Source: Octopus vulgaris (lineage: Eukaryota). Taken from it: 64,000 bases of DNA. Under the pieces are notes generated by a model. The model was not told the DNA's origin. It saw only the letters and a program-made list of their open reading frames with translations, and did not search any database. The translations under genes and the position numbers were made by a program. Shown piece after piece: positions 1 through 12,505 of this stretch (positions are counted from its first letter, which is position 1; each line of letters opens with the position of its first letter). Where the stretch lies: assembly GCA_951406725.2 (NCBI GenBank), contig OX597820.1:77996001-78060000 (forward strand), read 5' to 3'.

Positions 1-80
1 AATGAATAGAAAGGAAACATCCGTATCTATGTTGACGCATTTATGTCTGAAAATGAAAACGACAATGTGTGTTTGTGCTT

Positions 81-123
<43 letters not shown>

Positions 124-514
124 ACAAAAGTGTTTTATTATACACAACATACGCATGTTTGTTATGAATATATACATATATATATGTGTGTGTGTGTTGC
201 AGGATGTATGTATGTATCTATATACATACACAAATACATACAAGCAACACATGCATACTGAAAACCACAATTTCACACAGTCACACACACATATACATAT
301 ATATATACGTACATATGAAATTGAATGCTGTATATGTGTGTGTATCTATACATGCAGGTAGAGATAGATAAATTCATGGAAAATAAATATATCTATATTT
401 ATACTAGGAAAAAATATTCCAGTAATTTCGAAGTTACATACATACATATATATGTATTTCGGATAAACCTACTTGGAAATGAATGCGTGGCATGCAATCA
501 AATAATAATATCAA

Positions 515-556
<42 letters not shown>

Positions 557-791
557 AAAATCCTTTAAAATGTTTTAGCCCGAAGGCCGCGGCTATGCTG
601 CGCCACCACCGCTGTATATATATATATATATATATATACGCGGGTGGGAAGGGGCTGGTGACACAATCTTTTCATTCAAACATTGAATTTGGTGATACTA
701 GTTGCGGATTCTAGCTCGCTCTGATACTGAGTTGAGTTGATGCCTTCTAGTATCTCAAAATTCAATATATAATCATTTATGATTATAGTAT

Positions 792-891
792 TCTACGCTG
801 AAGAGAAAGAAGTTTTCGGTAAGATAGAATTATTTAACATTTAATTCTTATGCTTTCCTAAAGACTTGATTTCGAAACGTACGTCCGTAGA
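792..891 (+). ncRNA. Minimal type I hammerhead ribozyme, copy 1
   Basis: TCTACG-CTGAAGA-GAAA...TTTC-GAA-ACGTACGT-C-CGTAGA: 6-bp stem I, CUGANGA core, long loop II, palindromic stem III, GUC site after 885. Confidence 0.85.
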
Positions 892-1383
892 TAACTTAAA
901 ATTGTATGATAGATTGCCGTTAATTCATCCTCTCTTACCTGTTTGTGTCTGCCTTCCAATTGCTGTTTTTACTGAGATCTCCCTTTTAGTAGAAGAAATA
1001 GCTATAACTCTTTGACTGCTATTTCTAAATTCGGTATGTGGTAAGGCAACTAGTTGCTAAACCCTTTATTGCTTAGTATTACTTAAATTTTCCTCAAATG
1101 AGGCTTTTACATGCCGAAGACTACTTGGTGTAATTGATAATTATTCCAAATTAATTAATTTCACCCTTCATTATTACGGATAACCATATTTTATCTCAGT
1201 AGATGACCACAGCATCATGTTTTGGCTACACGCGGGTGGGAAGGGGCTGGTGACACAATCTTTTCATTCAAACATTAAATTTGGTGATACTAGTTGCGGA
1301 TTCTAGCTCGCTCTGATACTGAGTTGAGTTGATGCCTTCTAGTATCTCAAAATTCAATATATAATCATTTATGATTATAGTAT

Positions 1384-1484
1384 TCTACGCTGAAGAGAAA
1401 AGAAGTTTTCGGTAAGATAGAATTATTTAACATTTAATTCTTATGCTTTCCTAAAGACTTGATTTCGAAACGTACGTCCGTAGA
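1384..1484 (+). ncRNA. Minimal type I hammerhead ribozyme, copy 2
   Basis: Same motif as 792-891 with one extra A in loop II; GUC site after 1478. Confidence 0.85.
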
Positions 1485-1668
1485 TAACTTAAAATTGTAT
1501 GATAGATTGCCGTTAATTCATCCTCTCTTACCTGTTTGTGTCTGCCTTCCAATTGCTGTTTTTACTGAGATCTCCCTTTTAGTAGAAGAAATAGCTATAA
1601 CTCTTTGACTGCTATTTCTAAATTCGGTATGTGGTAAGGCAACTAGTTGCTAAACCCTTTATTGCTTA

Positions 1669-1720
<52 letters not shown>

Positions 1721-1723
<3 letters not shown>

Positions 1724-2100
1724 TACAGGACGTCACGAACAGTAAGCAATATGATATGCAAAACAAATTAGTTTAATACGCAAGCAAGGAGAGAAACAAA
1801 TGGAAAACAGGATAAGGAACATAAAGAAAAGCCCCTCATCATTTGTCAGTTATCTATCTACTCCTCATTTCAAGCATTGAACGACAATATGAGTCTTCGA
1901 AGGCAGTTTGTAACAAAATATAATTTGTGATTTATGCAGGGTCAAAGTTGAGAACAAAAACAGGACAGTAGAGATACCTCGTTCTGGTCTAAGGACTCTC
2001 CACGTTTCTTTTCGTTCGGTTCCCTTTCATGTCTCCACTGTCCTACTGACAGGGGAACAAAGCTGCTCTTGTCCTTATTTATATCAGCGTGATGCTATCT
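1721..2100 (-). mobile_element. PLE-like non-coding 3' end carrying a degenerate permuted hammerhead-like motif (1832-1941)
   Basis: Abuts (TA)n. Terminus aggtacaggacgtcac resembles gggtacatgacatcaa at 22987. Minus strand reads CTCAT-A-TTGTC...GAA-ATGAG...GACAA-ATGATGA-GGGG. Confidence 0.5.
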
Positions 2101-2114
2101 AGTATTTAAATATA

Positions 2115-2322
2115 CAGTACTCCCTATATCGCGGTTTATTATTTAAACTTACGTCGATTCCTTCGTGATGATGTTTTGATTATATAATAATATAAATATA
2201 TACAAATGATAAATACAATTTTTAAAAATATACAGTATAGTACTGTTTGTCCTTCGTGGATTTCACTTATCGCGGGTGAGGGGCTTTGGAACGCAACATC
2301 CACGACAGTCGAGGGATTACGG
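2115..2322. mobile_element. Degenerate Tigger/pogo-like MITE
   Basis: TA|CAGTACTCCCT...ATCGCGG start and ...CGACAGTCGAGGGATTACGG end form imperfect inverted termini typical of Tigger-type MITEs. Confidence 0.45.
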
Positions 2323-3036
2323 TTCTTCAGTTCATATATACGTATATTATATAAACTCATATAAAAATATGGAAATGTGTATGTGTGTGATAAATATAAA
2401 AATATGTATGTATCCATGCGTTTGTGCGTGCGTGCGTGCGCGTGCTTCTGTGCGTACGTGTAAAAAGATGCAGGTAACTTAATTGTCCGTAAACCTTGGA
2501 AGGAAAATGTATACTTCTTCCCTCTCAAAACTTAGCTGCCCTTCACTTAGAGCGATTAGCCTATCAGATACAAGCAACAAGTGTGTTGCATTTCAATCGC
2601 TAATTTATTAGCTTTTCGTTAAATTTTATTAATTTCATTCTAACGAGGCTGAATTATATCACTTTGATCACATTTCACAAAGATTGAAAACCTTAGATTA
2701 ATAAGAGGATTAATTAATCTTGTATACATAAACAAACACACACATACATATATACTTCCACGCTTTTTTTCACAAATATCTTTTGCAATGATTTTTATCA
2801 TAATATATCTGCATTTTTTTTTTGTTTAGAATATCCATTGATATTTTATATCCTCGCAATCCAACTATAAAATTTGGGCATTTAAATTCTTCTAATAATT
2901 TTTTTGTATTTACTTTTCACTTGTTTTCCAAATACTAATAGGGTTGATAATTTGTGATTTATTGATTCTCGAAGATGACGGTGTGCATGTAGAATTATGT
3001 TGCTCACTGAGGGCTTGCAAATAGGCGCCTTTAAGC

Positions 3037-3044
3037 AGATAGAC

Positions 3045-3108
<64 letters not shown>
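3037..3108. repeat. (AGAT)n microsatellite
   Basis: Direct reading. Confidence 0.95.
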
Positions 3109-3525
3109 GGGGAGAGAGAGAGAAAGATAGATAAACCATGAGCCACTCACATATTACTCCATTTGCCTATTTCTCACGCTTCAGTTCTTTCTTCCTCCCT
3201 CCCTCTCTCTCTATGTCTTTGCTTATGAACAAGTGCATGAAGATATGTACATGTGTATGTTTTCTTGTCCTTTTTATTATTCAAGTTTTACCTCTGAAGA
3301 AGGATCTGGTTTCTAACAAAATGTAGCTAATACAAACAAGGTAAGACCTTAAACTTGAGAAAATTCTTGCATATTTTAACTGTCCTCCTTACAGATTGTA
3401 TTTATATGCGAGTTGGTTATTTCTTTTTCTGAAAATCCAAGTCGAGTACTGAGGTCGATATAATAGATTATCCTGTCCCCTGAAAATTTCAGGGGACAGA
3501 AAGGATTGTTGTACATAACAGCACA

Positions 3526-3668
3526 AGACGGCGAGCTGGCAGAGTCGTTAGCATGCGGAACAAAATGTTAAGCAACATTTCCTTCATCTGTACGTTCTGA
3601 GTTCAAATTCCACCGAGGTCGACTTCGCTTTTCATTCTTTCGGTGATCGATAAATTAAATAGCAGTCA
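3526..3668 (+). mobile_element. tRNA-derived SINE, family A (cephalopod type), truncated
   Basis: GGCGAGCTGGCAGA.TCGTTAGCA head, B-box-like GAGTTCAAATTCC, body GAGGTCGACTT..CTTTCAT.CTTTCGG shared with many copies in the window. Confidence 0.8.
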
Positions 3669-3988
3669 AATCCTACTTTCTTTCGATTCACAGTCACTGA
3701 TAGGGTTGTGGGGTTGGGATGCCTTATGAAACAGCGTATTTAGGATATTTTAAACATGGTGGATCTCAGCCCCGGTGAGGCTAAAATATTGATTTCGACT
3801 GAGAGAGAGACAGACAGAAAGAGAGAGACAGACAGAAAGAGAGAGAGAGAAAGAGAGACAGAAAGAGAGAAAGAGAGATGGAGAGAGAGAGAGGGAGAGA
3901 GAGGGGGAGAGAAAGAGTTGTGGGTAGACTTATGATCAGACTTGAGGAAAAAGGAGAGAGAGGAAGTTGTTGGACCTAAGATAGAAAT

Positions 3989-4562
3989 CGACCAACCAGC
4001 CAAAAAGCCGACCCACCGACCAACAAACAAACCAGCCAACCAACCGACAAACAAACCAACCAGGCCACCCACCGACAAACCAACCAACCAAGCGACCCAC
4101 AGACCAACCAAAAAACCAGCCGATCCACCGACAAACCAACAAACCAACCAACCGACCGACACACCAACCAGCCAACCAACCAGCCAGCTGACCCACCTAC
4201 GAACCAGCCAACCAGCCGACCCACCGACAAACCAACCAACCAGCCAACCCACCGACAAACCAACCAACTAGCCGATCCACCGACCAACCAGCCAGCCGAC
4301 CCACCTACGAACCAGCCAACCAGCCGACCCACCGACAAACCAACCAACCAGCCAACCCACCGACAAACCAAACAACTAGCCGATCCACCGATCAACCAAC
4401 TAACCAACCGACCAACCAACAAACCAACCATCCGACCGACATACCAACCAACCGACCCACCGACCCGCCGACCAACCAACCAGCCAGCAACCAACCGACA
4501 AGCCGACCAACCGACCAACCAGCCAACCAGCCAACCCACCGACCAACCAACCGACAAACCAA
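3989..4562 (-). repeat. Complex (CCAA/CCAG/CCGA)n satellite, reverse complement of the 5109-10372 array
   Basis: Tetranucleotide-period AACC/AGCC/GACC array. Confidence 0.9.
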
Positions 4563-4569
4563 TAATTTA

Positions 4570-4670
4570 ATTGAATAAATCGATCACAGTTTTCAAGTCT
4601 GTTACTCATTCTATGGGTCTCTTTTTGCTGCACCACTAAGTTACGGGGACGTGACGCCGGTTGTCAAGCT
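4570..4670 (-). mobile_element. SINE family B 3' fragment
   Basis: Reverse complement of GTCCCCGTAACTTAG.GGT.C.GCAAAAAGAGACC.ATAGAAT, matching 33068-33112 and 60250-60295. Confidence 0.6.
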
Positions 4671-5108
4671 CTCTTGAGAGACAAACCCAAACACAAAGAT
4701 ATACACACATAAATATATACATACATGTATACCCTCACATGTATAAATACACATACATTACATACATACGTACATACACATTATATGTATGTGTGTATAT
4801 ACATTTATATATTAACCTACCTACCCACACACACACACACTCATATATATATGTATGTATATACACACGCACGCACATATGTATGTATGTATATTATAAA
4901 CAATGCTATTATCTTTTCCGGTGTCAGTATTTTTTTTTTGAAATATGTCTTCAAACAACCTTAATACTACAACACCAAAAACAACAACAGCTTCAAACAA
5001 TAATAAATACTGATAATTAAATAAAATAGTAAAAATCGGGCAAGATAAAGTAGTAGCACGTCGTGACCAACGCATCCTTTATTCAGTGACTTTTATATAA
5101 AAGACGGC

Positions 5109-8100
5109 TCGGTTGGTTGGCTGGTTTGTCGGTTCGGCAGCTAGTTGGTTGGTTTGTCGGTTGGTTGGCTGGTTGGCTGGTTGGTCGGTGGGTCTACTAG
5201 TTGGCTGGATTGGTCGGTTGGTCGTGGGTCGGAGGGCCGGTGGGTCGGCTGGTTGGTTGATTTGTCGGTTGGTCGGTGGGTCGGCTGGTTGCCTGGTTTG
5301 TCGGTTGGTTGGCTGGTTGGCTGGTTGGTCGGTGGGTCGGCTGGTTGGTCGTGGGTCGGCTGGTTGGGTGGCTGGTCGGTTGGTCGTGGGTCGGCTGACT
5401 GGTTAGCTTGTCGGTTTGTTGGCTAGTTGGCTGGTTGGTCGGTGTGTCGGGTGGTTGGCTGGTTGGTCGGTTGGTCATGGGACGACTAGTTGGTTGGTTT
5501 GTCGGTTGCTTCATTGGTTGGCTGGTTGATCGGTTGGTGCGCTGGTTGGTTGGTTGGTCGGTTAGTCGGTTGGTAGTGGGTCGGCTGGTTGAGTGGTTTG
5601 TCGGTTGGTTGGCTTGTAGGTTGGTTGGTCGGTACGTCGGCTGGATAGTTGGTTGGTCGGCTGGTCGGGGGGGTCGGCTGGTTGGCTGGTTGGTCGGTGG
5701 GTCGGCTGGTTGGCTGGTTGGTCGGTTGGTCGTGGGTCGGCTGGTTGGCTGGTTGGTCGGTGGTTCGGCTGGTTTGCTGGTTAGTCGGCTGGTCGGTCGG
5801 TCGGGTGGTTGGTTGGTTGGCAGGTTGGCCGAGGTCGACTTTGCCTTTCATCCTTTCGGGGTCGATAAATTAAGTACCAGTTACGCACTGGGGTCGATGT
5901 AATCGACTTAATACCTATGTCTGTCCTTGTTTGTCCCCTCTGTGTTTAGCCCCTTGTGGGTAATAAAGAAATAGGTTGGTCGTGGGACGACTGGTTGGTT
6001 GGTTTGTCGGATGGTTGGCTTGTTCGTTGGTTGGTCGGTAGGTCGGCTGATTGGCTGGTTGGTCGGTTGGTCGTGGGTCTGCTGGTTGGTGGTTTGTCGG
6101 TTGGTTCACTGGTTGGCTGGTTGGTCGGTTGGTCGGCTGGTTGGTTGTTTGGTCGGTTAGTCGGTTGGTAGTGGGTCGGCTGGTTGATTGGTTTGTCGGT
6201 TGGTTGACTGTTTGGCTGGCTGGTCGGTTGGTCGGTTGGTCGGTTGGTAGTGGGTCGGCTGGTTGAGTGGTTTGTCGGTTGGTTGACTGTTTGGCTGGTT
6301 GGTCGGTTGGTCGACTGGTTGGTCGGTTTGTCGGCTGGCTGGCTGGATGGCTAGTTGATCGGTGGGTCAGTTGATTGGCTGGTTTGTCGGTTGGTTGGTC
6401 GGTTGGCTAGTTGGTCGGTGGGTTTGCTGGTTGGATGTTTTGTCGGCTGGTCGGTGGGTCGGCTGGTTGGCTGGTTGGTCGGTTGGTCGGTTGGTAGTGG
6501 GTCGGCTAGTTGAGTGGTTTGTCGGTTGGTTGACTGTTTGGCTGGTTGGTCGGTTAGTCGACTGGTTGGCTCGTTTGTTGGCTGGTTGGCTGGTTGGCTA
6601 GTTGATCGGTGGGTCAGCTGGTTGGCTGATTTGTCGCTTGTTTGGTCGGTTGGCTAGTTGGTCGGTGGGTTGGCTGGTTGGATGTTTCTCGGCTGGTCGG
6701 TGGGTCGGCTGGTTGGTTGGTTGGTCGGTTGGTCGTGGGTCGGCTGGTTGGCTGGTTGGTCGGTGGTTGGCTGGTTAGTCGGTTGGTCGGTCGGTCGGGT
6801 GTTTGGTTTGTTGGTCAGTTGGTCGAGGGACGACTGGTTGGTTGGTTTGTCGGATGGTTGGCTTGTTCGTTGGTTGGTCGGTAGGTCGGCTGATTGGCTG
6901 GTTGGTCGGTTGGTCGTGGGTCTGCTGACTGGTTGGTTTGTCGGTTGGTTCACTTGTTGGTTGGCTGGTCGGTTGGTCGTGTGACGATGGTTGAGTGGTT
7001 GGTCGTGGATCGGCTGGTTGGTTGGTTGGTCGGTTGGTCGTGGGTCGGCTGGTTGGCTGGTCGGTTGGTTGGTCGGTTGGTCGGTTGGTTGGTTGGTTGG
7101 TTGGTTGGTCAGTTGGTCGTGGGTCGGCTGGTTGGCTGGTTGGCCGGTGGGTCGGCTAGTTGGTTTGCTGGTCGGTTGGTCGTGGGTAGGCTGGTTGGTT
7201 GGCTGGTCGGTTGGCCGTGAGTCGGCTGGTTGGTTGGTTTTTCGGTTGGTTCACTGTTTGGCTGGTTGGTCGGTTGGTCGGCTGGTTGGTTGGGTTGTCG
7301 GTTGGTTGGCTGATTGGCTGGTTGGTCGGTGGGACGGCTGGTAGGCTGGTTTGTCGGTTATGTTGATCGATTGGCTAGTTGGTCGGTGGGTTGGCTGGAT
7401 GGATGGTTTGTCGGCTATTCGGTGGGTTGGCTGATTGGCTGGTTGGTCGGTGGGTCGGCTGGTTGGCTGGTTAGTCGGTTGGTTCACTTGTTCGCTGGTT
7501 GGTCGGTTGGTCGGCTGGTTGGTTGGTTTGTCGGTTGGTTGGCTTGTTGGTTGGTTGGTGGTTGGTCGGTAGGTCGGCTGGTTGGTTGGTTGGTCAGTTG
7601 GTCGTGGGTCTGCTGGTTGGCTGGTTGGCCGGTGGGTCGGCTGGTTGGTTGGTTGGTCGGTTGGTCGTATGTCGGCTGGTTGGTTGGTTTGTCGGTTGGT
7701 TGACTGTTTGGTTCGTTGGTCGGTTGGGTTGTCGGTTGGTTGGCTGGTTGGCTGGTTGGTCGGTGGGTCGGCTGGTTACCTGGTTGGTCGGTTGGTCGGC
7801 TTGTTGGCTGGTTGGTCGGTTGGTCGTGGGTTGGCTGGTTGGCTGGTTGGTCGGTGGCTCGGCTGGTTGGTTGGTTAGTCGGTTGGTCGGGGGGTCGTGT
7901 GGTTGGTTGGTTGGTCAGTTGATCGTGGGACGACTGGTTGGTTGGTTTGTCGGTTGGTTGGCTTGTTGGTTGGTTGGTCGGTAGGTCGGCTGGCTGGCTG
8001 GTTGGTCGGTTGGTCGTGGGTCTGCTGGTTGGTTGGTTTGTCGGTTGGTTCACTGGTTGGCTGGTTGGTCGGTTGGTCGGCTGGTTGGTTGGTTGGTCGG

Positions 8101-10372
8101 TTAGTCGGTTGGTAGTGTGTCGGCTGTTTGAGTGGTTTGTCGGTTGGTTGACTGTTTGGCTGGTTGGTCGGTGGGTTGGCTGGTTGGTTGGTTTGTCGGC
8201 TGGTTTTGGGTCGGCTGGTCGGCTAGTTGGTCGGTTGGTCGTTGGTCGGCTGGTTGGTTGGCTGGTCGGTTGGTCGTGGGTCGGCTGGTTGGCTGGTTTG
8301 TTGGTTGGTTGGTTGGTCGTGGGTCAGCTGGTTGCTTGGCTGGTCGGTTGCTGGTTGGTCGGCTTGTTGGCTGGTTTGTTGTTTGGTCGGTTGGTCGTGG
8401 GTAGGCTGGTTGGTTGGTTTGTCTGTTTGTTGGCTAGTTGGCTGATTGGTCGGTGTGTCGGGTGGTTGGTTGGTTGGCTGGTTGGTTGGTTGGTTAGTCG
8501 GTAGGTCGGCTGGTTGGCTGGTTGGTCGGTTGGTCGTGGGTCTGCTGGTTGGTTGGTTTGTCGGTTGGGTGACTGGTTGGCTGGTTGGTCGGTTTGTCGG
8601 CTGGTTGGTTGGTCGGTTGGTCGGTTGGTTGGTTGACTGTTTGCCTGGTTGGTCGGCTGGTTGGCTGGTTTGTCGGCTGGTTGGCTGGTTGACTGTTTGT
8701 TCGGTGGGTAGGCTGGCTGGCTGGTTTGTCGGTTGGTTGGTGGGTTGGCCAATTAGTCGGTGGGTTGGCTGGTTGGTTGGTTTGTTGGCTGGTCGGTGGC
8801 TGGGCTGGCTGGCTGTTTGGTCGGTGGGTCGGCTAGTTGGTTGGTTGGTCGGTTGGTTGTGGGTCGGCTGGTCGGCTGGTTGGTTGGTTTGTCGGATGGT
8901 TGGCTTGTTCGTTGGTTGGTCGGTAGGTCGGCTGATTGGCTGGTTGGTCGGTTGGTCGTGGGTCTGCTGGCTGGTTGGTTTGTCGGTTGGTTCACTTGTT
9001 GGTTGGCTGGTCGGTTGGTCGTGTGACGATGGTTGAGTGGTTGGTCGGTTGGTCGTGGGTCGGCTGGTTGGTTGGTTGGTCGGTTGGTCGGTTGGTTGGT
9101 TGGTTGGTTGGTTGGTCAGTTGGTCGTGGGTCGGCTGGTTGGCTGGTTGGCCGGTGGGTCGGCTAGTTGGTTTGCTGGTCGGTTGGTCGTGGGTAGGCTG
9201 GTTGGTCGGTGGGTCGGCTAGTTGGTTGGTTGGTCGGTTGGTTGTGGGTCGGCTGGTCGGCTGGTTGGTCTGTTGGTCGTGGTTTGGCTTGTTGATTGGT
9301 TAGTCGGTAGGTCGGCTGGTTGGCTGGTTGTTCGCTTGCTCGTGGGTCTGCTGGCTGGTTAGTTTGTCGGTTGGTTGACTTGTTGACTGGTTGGTTGGTT
9401 GGTTGGTCGGCTGGTTGGTTTGTTGGTCGGTTGGTTTATTGGTCGGCTGGTTGTTTCGTTTGACGGTTGGCTGACTGGTTGTCTGGTTGGTCGGTTGGTC
9501 TGTTGGTCGTGGGTCGGCTGGTTGGTTGGATTGTCGGTTGGGTGACTGGTTGGTTGGTTGGTAGGTTGGTCGGCTGGCTGGTTGGTTTGTCGGTTGTTTG
9601 ATTGGCTGGTTGACTGCTTTGTCGGTTGGTTGGCTGGTTGGCTGGTTGTTCAGTGGGACGTCTGGTTGGTTTGTTTGTCGGCTGGTTGGCTTGTTGACTA
9701 GTTGGTCGGTGGGTTGGCTGGTTGGTTCGTTTGTCGGCTGGTCGGTGGGTCGGCTCGTTGGTTGGTTGGTCGGTGGGTCGGCTAGTTGGTTGGTTGGTCG
9801 GCTGGTTGGCTGGTTCGTCGCTGGGTCGGCTGTTTGGTTGATTTGTCGGTTGGTCGGCTGGTTGGTTGGTTGATGGGTTTGTCGGTGGGTCGGCTGGTTG
9901 GTCATTTGGTCGTGGGTTTGCTGGTTGGTTGGTTGGTGGGTTGGTCGTGGACCGGCTGGTTGGTTGGTTTGTCGGTTGGTCGGCTGGTTGGTTGGTTGTT
10001 GGGTCGGCTGGTTGGTTGGTTGCTCAGTTGGTTGTAGGTCGGCTGGTCGGTTGGTTTGTCGGTCGGTTGACTGGTTGGCTGGTTGGTCAGTTGGTCGGTT
10101 GCTTGTTCGGTTGGTCGTGGGTCGGTTAGTTGGATGGTTGGTCGTTTGGTCCTGGTTCGGCTGGTTGGTTTGTCGGTGGGTAGGGTGGTTTGTTGGTTGG
10201 TCGGTTGGTCGTGGGTCTCCTGGTTGGCTGGTTTGTCGGTGGGTCGCCTGGTTGGTTAGTTGTCGCTTGGGTGACTGGTTGGTTGGTTGGTTGGTAGGTT
10301 GGTCGGCTGGTTGGTTGGTTTGTCGGTGGTTTGATTGGCTTTTTGGATGCTTTGTCGGTTGGTTGGCTGGTT
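5109..10372 (+). repeat. ~5.3 kb complex (GGTT/GGCT/GGTC)n satellite with higher-order internal duplications
   Basis: Continuous GGNN-period array, almost devoid of A on the + strand. Diagnostic blocks recur, e.g. ...gtgacgatggttgagtgg at ~6980 and ~9020. Confidence 0.95.
5829..5975 (+). mobile_element. SINE family A body module embedded in the satellite
   Basis: CCGAGGTCGACTTTGCCTTTCATCCTTTCGGGGTCGATAAATTAAGTACCAG...AAAGAAATAGG, near-identical to 14699-14845. Confidence 0.9.
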
Positions 10373-11649
10373 TATTGTTAAAGTGAAAGTATCTGACATA
10401 AAATAGAGAAATGTTTTTGTTTCACTTTTAACACGTAATACTGAATTAGTGGAGAAGATATGATATTGCTATAGGCAAGAAGTTGAACATTTTTTTTGCC
10501 GATGACACTCCCCGGACCCTACGTAAGGCATGTGTAAAATTTGAATGAAATTAGTTGTGTTTTAGAGAAACACACAGACATACAGACAGACAAGCACACA
10601 TTCTCAGTTTTATATGTAGAGAGATGTATGTATGTATGTTTGTGTGTATGTATCTGTGTGTGTACCTATGTATGTATGTTTGTTTGTATGTATGTACCTA
10701 TGTATCTATGTGTATACGTATGTATATATATTCGTATAGCACACGAAGGGCCAGATTCACTAACGTATCTGATAGAATACATTGCTAAAGACAACTTTGC
10801 ATTTGTCCCTTTTACAGTAGACAAATAATTACCATTCCGAAAACGAGATCGATTCTTCTTTTTTTCCATATTTCGCCCTCATCCATTCTATTTTCCAATC
10901 CTTTCAAAGAAATCGCTTATGGTTAATCCTGGAGAGTCATGCTCAGCCACAATGCAATGCTCAAGATCTGCCGCTGTTATATCGCAATGGCTCCTCTACA
11001 TTGAATCCAAGTTTTAAATATGTATGTGTGTGTACCTGTGTGTGCGTGTGCGTCTGTGTGCGCCTTTGTATGTCTCTAAGTGTGTATATCTATGTATGTA
11101 ATTGTTGTATCAATTGTGAATAGAAGATAATGCGTCTCGAAGTAATTCAGTAACCAACCGTTTATATTACAACTTCTTACCATAATCGCCTTTATTCTTA
11201 TTATCTAATCCATCTTAATGTTTGCAAGATCACAGAAAAAAGTCAGGAATTATGTTTTTTCATAGGATTTGTCATGTCTTGCCGCTAATAATATGTCATT
11301 CCTCTTCTTTCCCTATATTTGATAGAACTCAGATATAACGCTAGATAAACTATTATTTTGTTCAATGCCTGCTGTGTAATCTCTCCTTTCATATTAATGC
11401 ATATAGCATCTTCTAAGCAGATATTTGTCAGGTCGCATATGTATATGTGTCTGACTGAATGCGTATGTCTCTCTGCATGTACTATTTCTCTATAATCATA
11501 TTTATATTTTCTGATTGTCTTCAACATCTATACACATCTCTGAGTTTAAAATACATACAGTGATTAACTCTTTTATAGCATTAATAGTGCATATATGCAT
11601 TACCCAGCTATCCTACTTTCTGTCGGTTTTGTGAATATTTAAGACATTT

Positions 11650-11960
11650 TTTTGCGTGTTTCACTCCCTTATATTTGAACAATTTCCAAATCTGCTTTTT
11701 TTACAAGGATTCTTTCTGTTTTCAGTCCCTGCAGTGAATCACTATTGTCAGACATTGTAAAACATTTGTGTATCACTTATAGGTATAACATCTATTTGCG
11801 ACTGACAAATCGATTAGGAAACACTTCCTTTCCTGTTCATCTTTATCAATCTCGGGCCGATAGTCATTGAGCACATTCGCTTTGTAGTGAATTGCCAAAT
11901 CCTGGCATCTGGTCACTTTTCCCTTCATTTTGGCCTTTCTTTGTATATGTTTCTTATCTG
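11650..11960 (-). pseudogene. Degenerate R4/Dong-like non-LTR retrotransposon, restriction-like endonuclease region
   Basis: Translation ...DLAIHYKANVLNDYRPEIDKDEQERKCFLIDLSV resembles the RPD-x-D endonuclease motif also seen at ~56990. Confidence 0.55.
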
Positions 11961-12237
11961 TTTTCTTTTGATATTTGATTATATTGTCACATCGTTTCCA
12001 GCATGTGATATATTCCACTTACTGGATCCTGTGCAGGAAATGCACTTGCGGCGTTGTGCCGAGATGGCAACTAAAGCAATGATAACATTTGTGTGAATGG
12101 AACAGTTTATATCAAGATATTTCACTTGCATAAGTAATATAAAGCTACATTAGTAATATAAGTAATATAAAACTGTATTATATATATATATATAAGCAGC
12201 CATTCAAATAATATATGCAGCAGCTAATATGATCTCT

Positions 12238-12505
12238 GAAGTTGTATGGGGCTTAGTTTGTAGAGCGTTGCTCGCGCAATTGTGGCTTCGATTCCCAGAT
12301 CAGGGTGGCACCGTTGTGTTATGGTGCAAAACATTTCATTTCACATTGCTCCAGGCCACAAGTTTGGAGTTCCAGCAACAACTATAAAGTTTACCCTGTG
12401 ACGGACTGCCGTCCCATTTACGCAAGAGAAATGTTCCAATCTTAGTCACTTATTCGCTATGGAAACTGTGAGAAACATTGTGCTTATGATTTCTAAAGCT
12501 TATGA
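12238..12505 (+). mobile_element. Degenerate tRNA-derived CORE-like SINE, family C
   Basis: GGCTTAGTTTGTAGAGCG...GCTTCGATTCCCAG...CATTTCATTTCACATTGCTCCAG, similar to the reverse complement of 38860-39076. Confidence 0.6.

Larger units (their letters stand above)
638..1672 (+). mobile_element. Non-coding partial-tandem Penelope-like/retrozyme-like element (~1.75 units of ~592 bp) in (TA)n
   Basis: 638-1079 is repeated nearly identically at 1230-1672 with a 150 bp spacer. (TA)n flanks both sides and each copy carries a hammerhead motif. Confidence 0.8.

Noticed and set aside
3740-10386. Many long ORFs rich in W/L/V/G or P/T/N/Q
   Set aside because: Translations of the GGNN satellite, which is stop-poor by composition.
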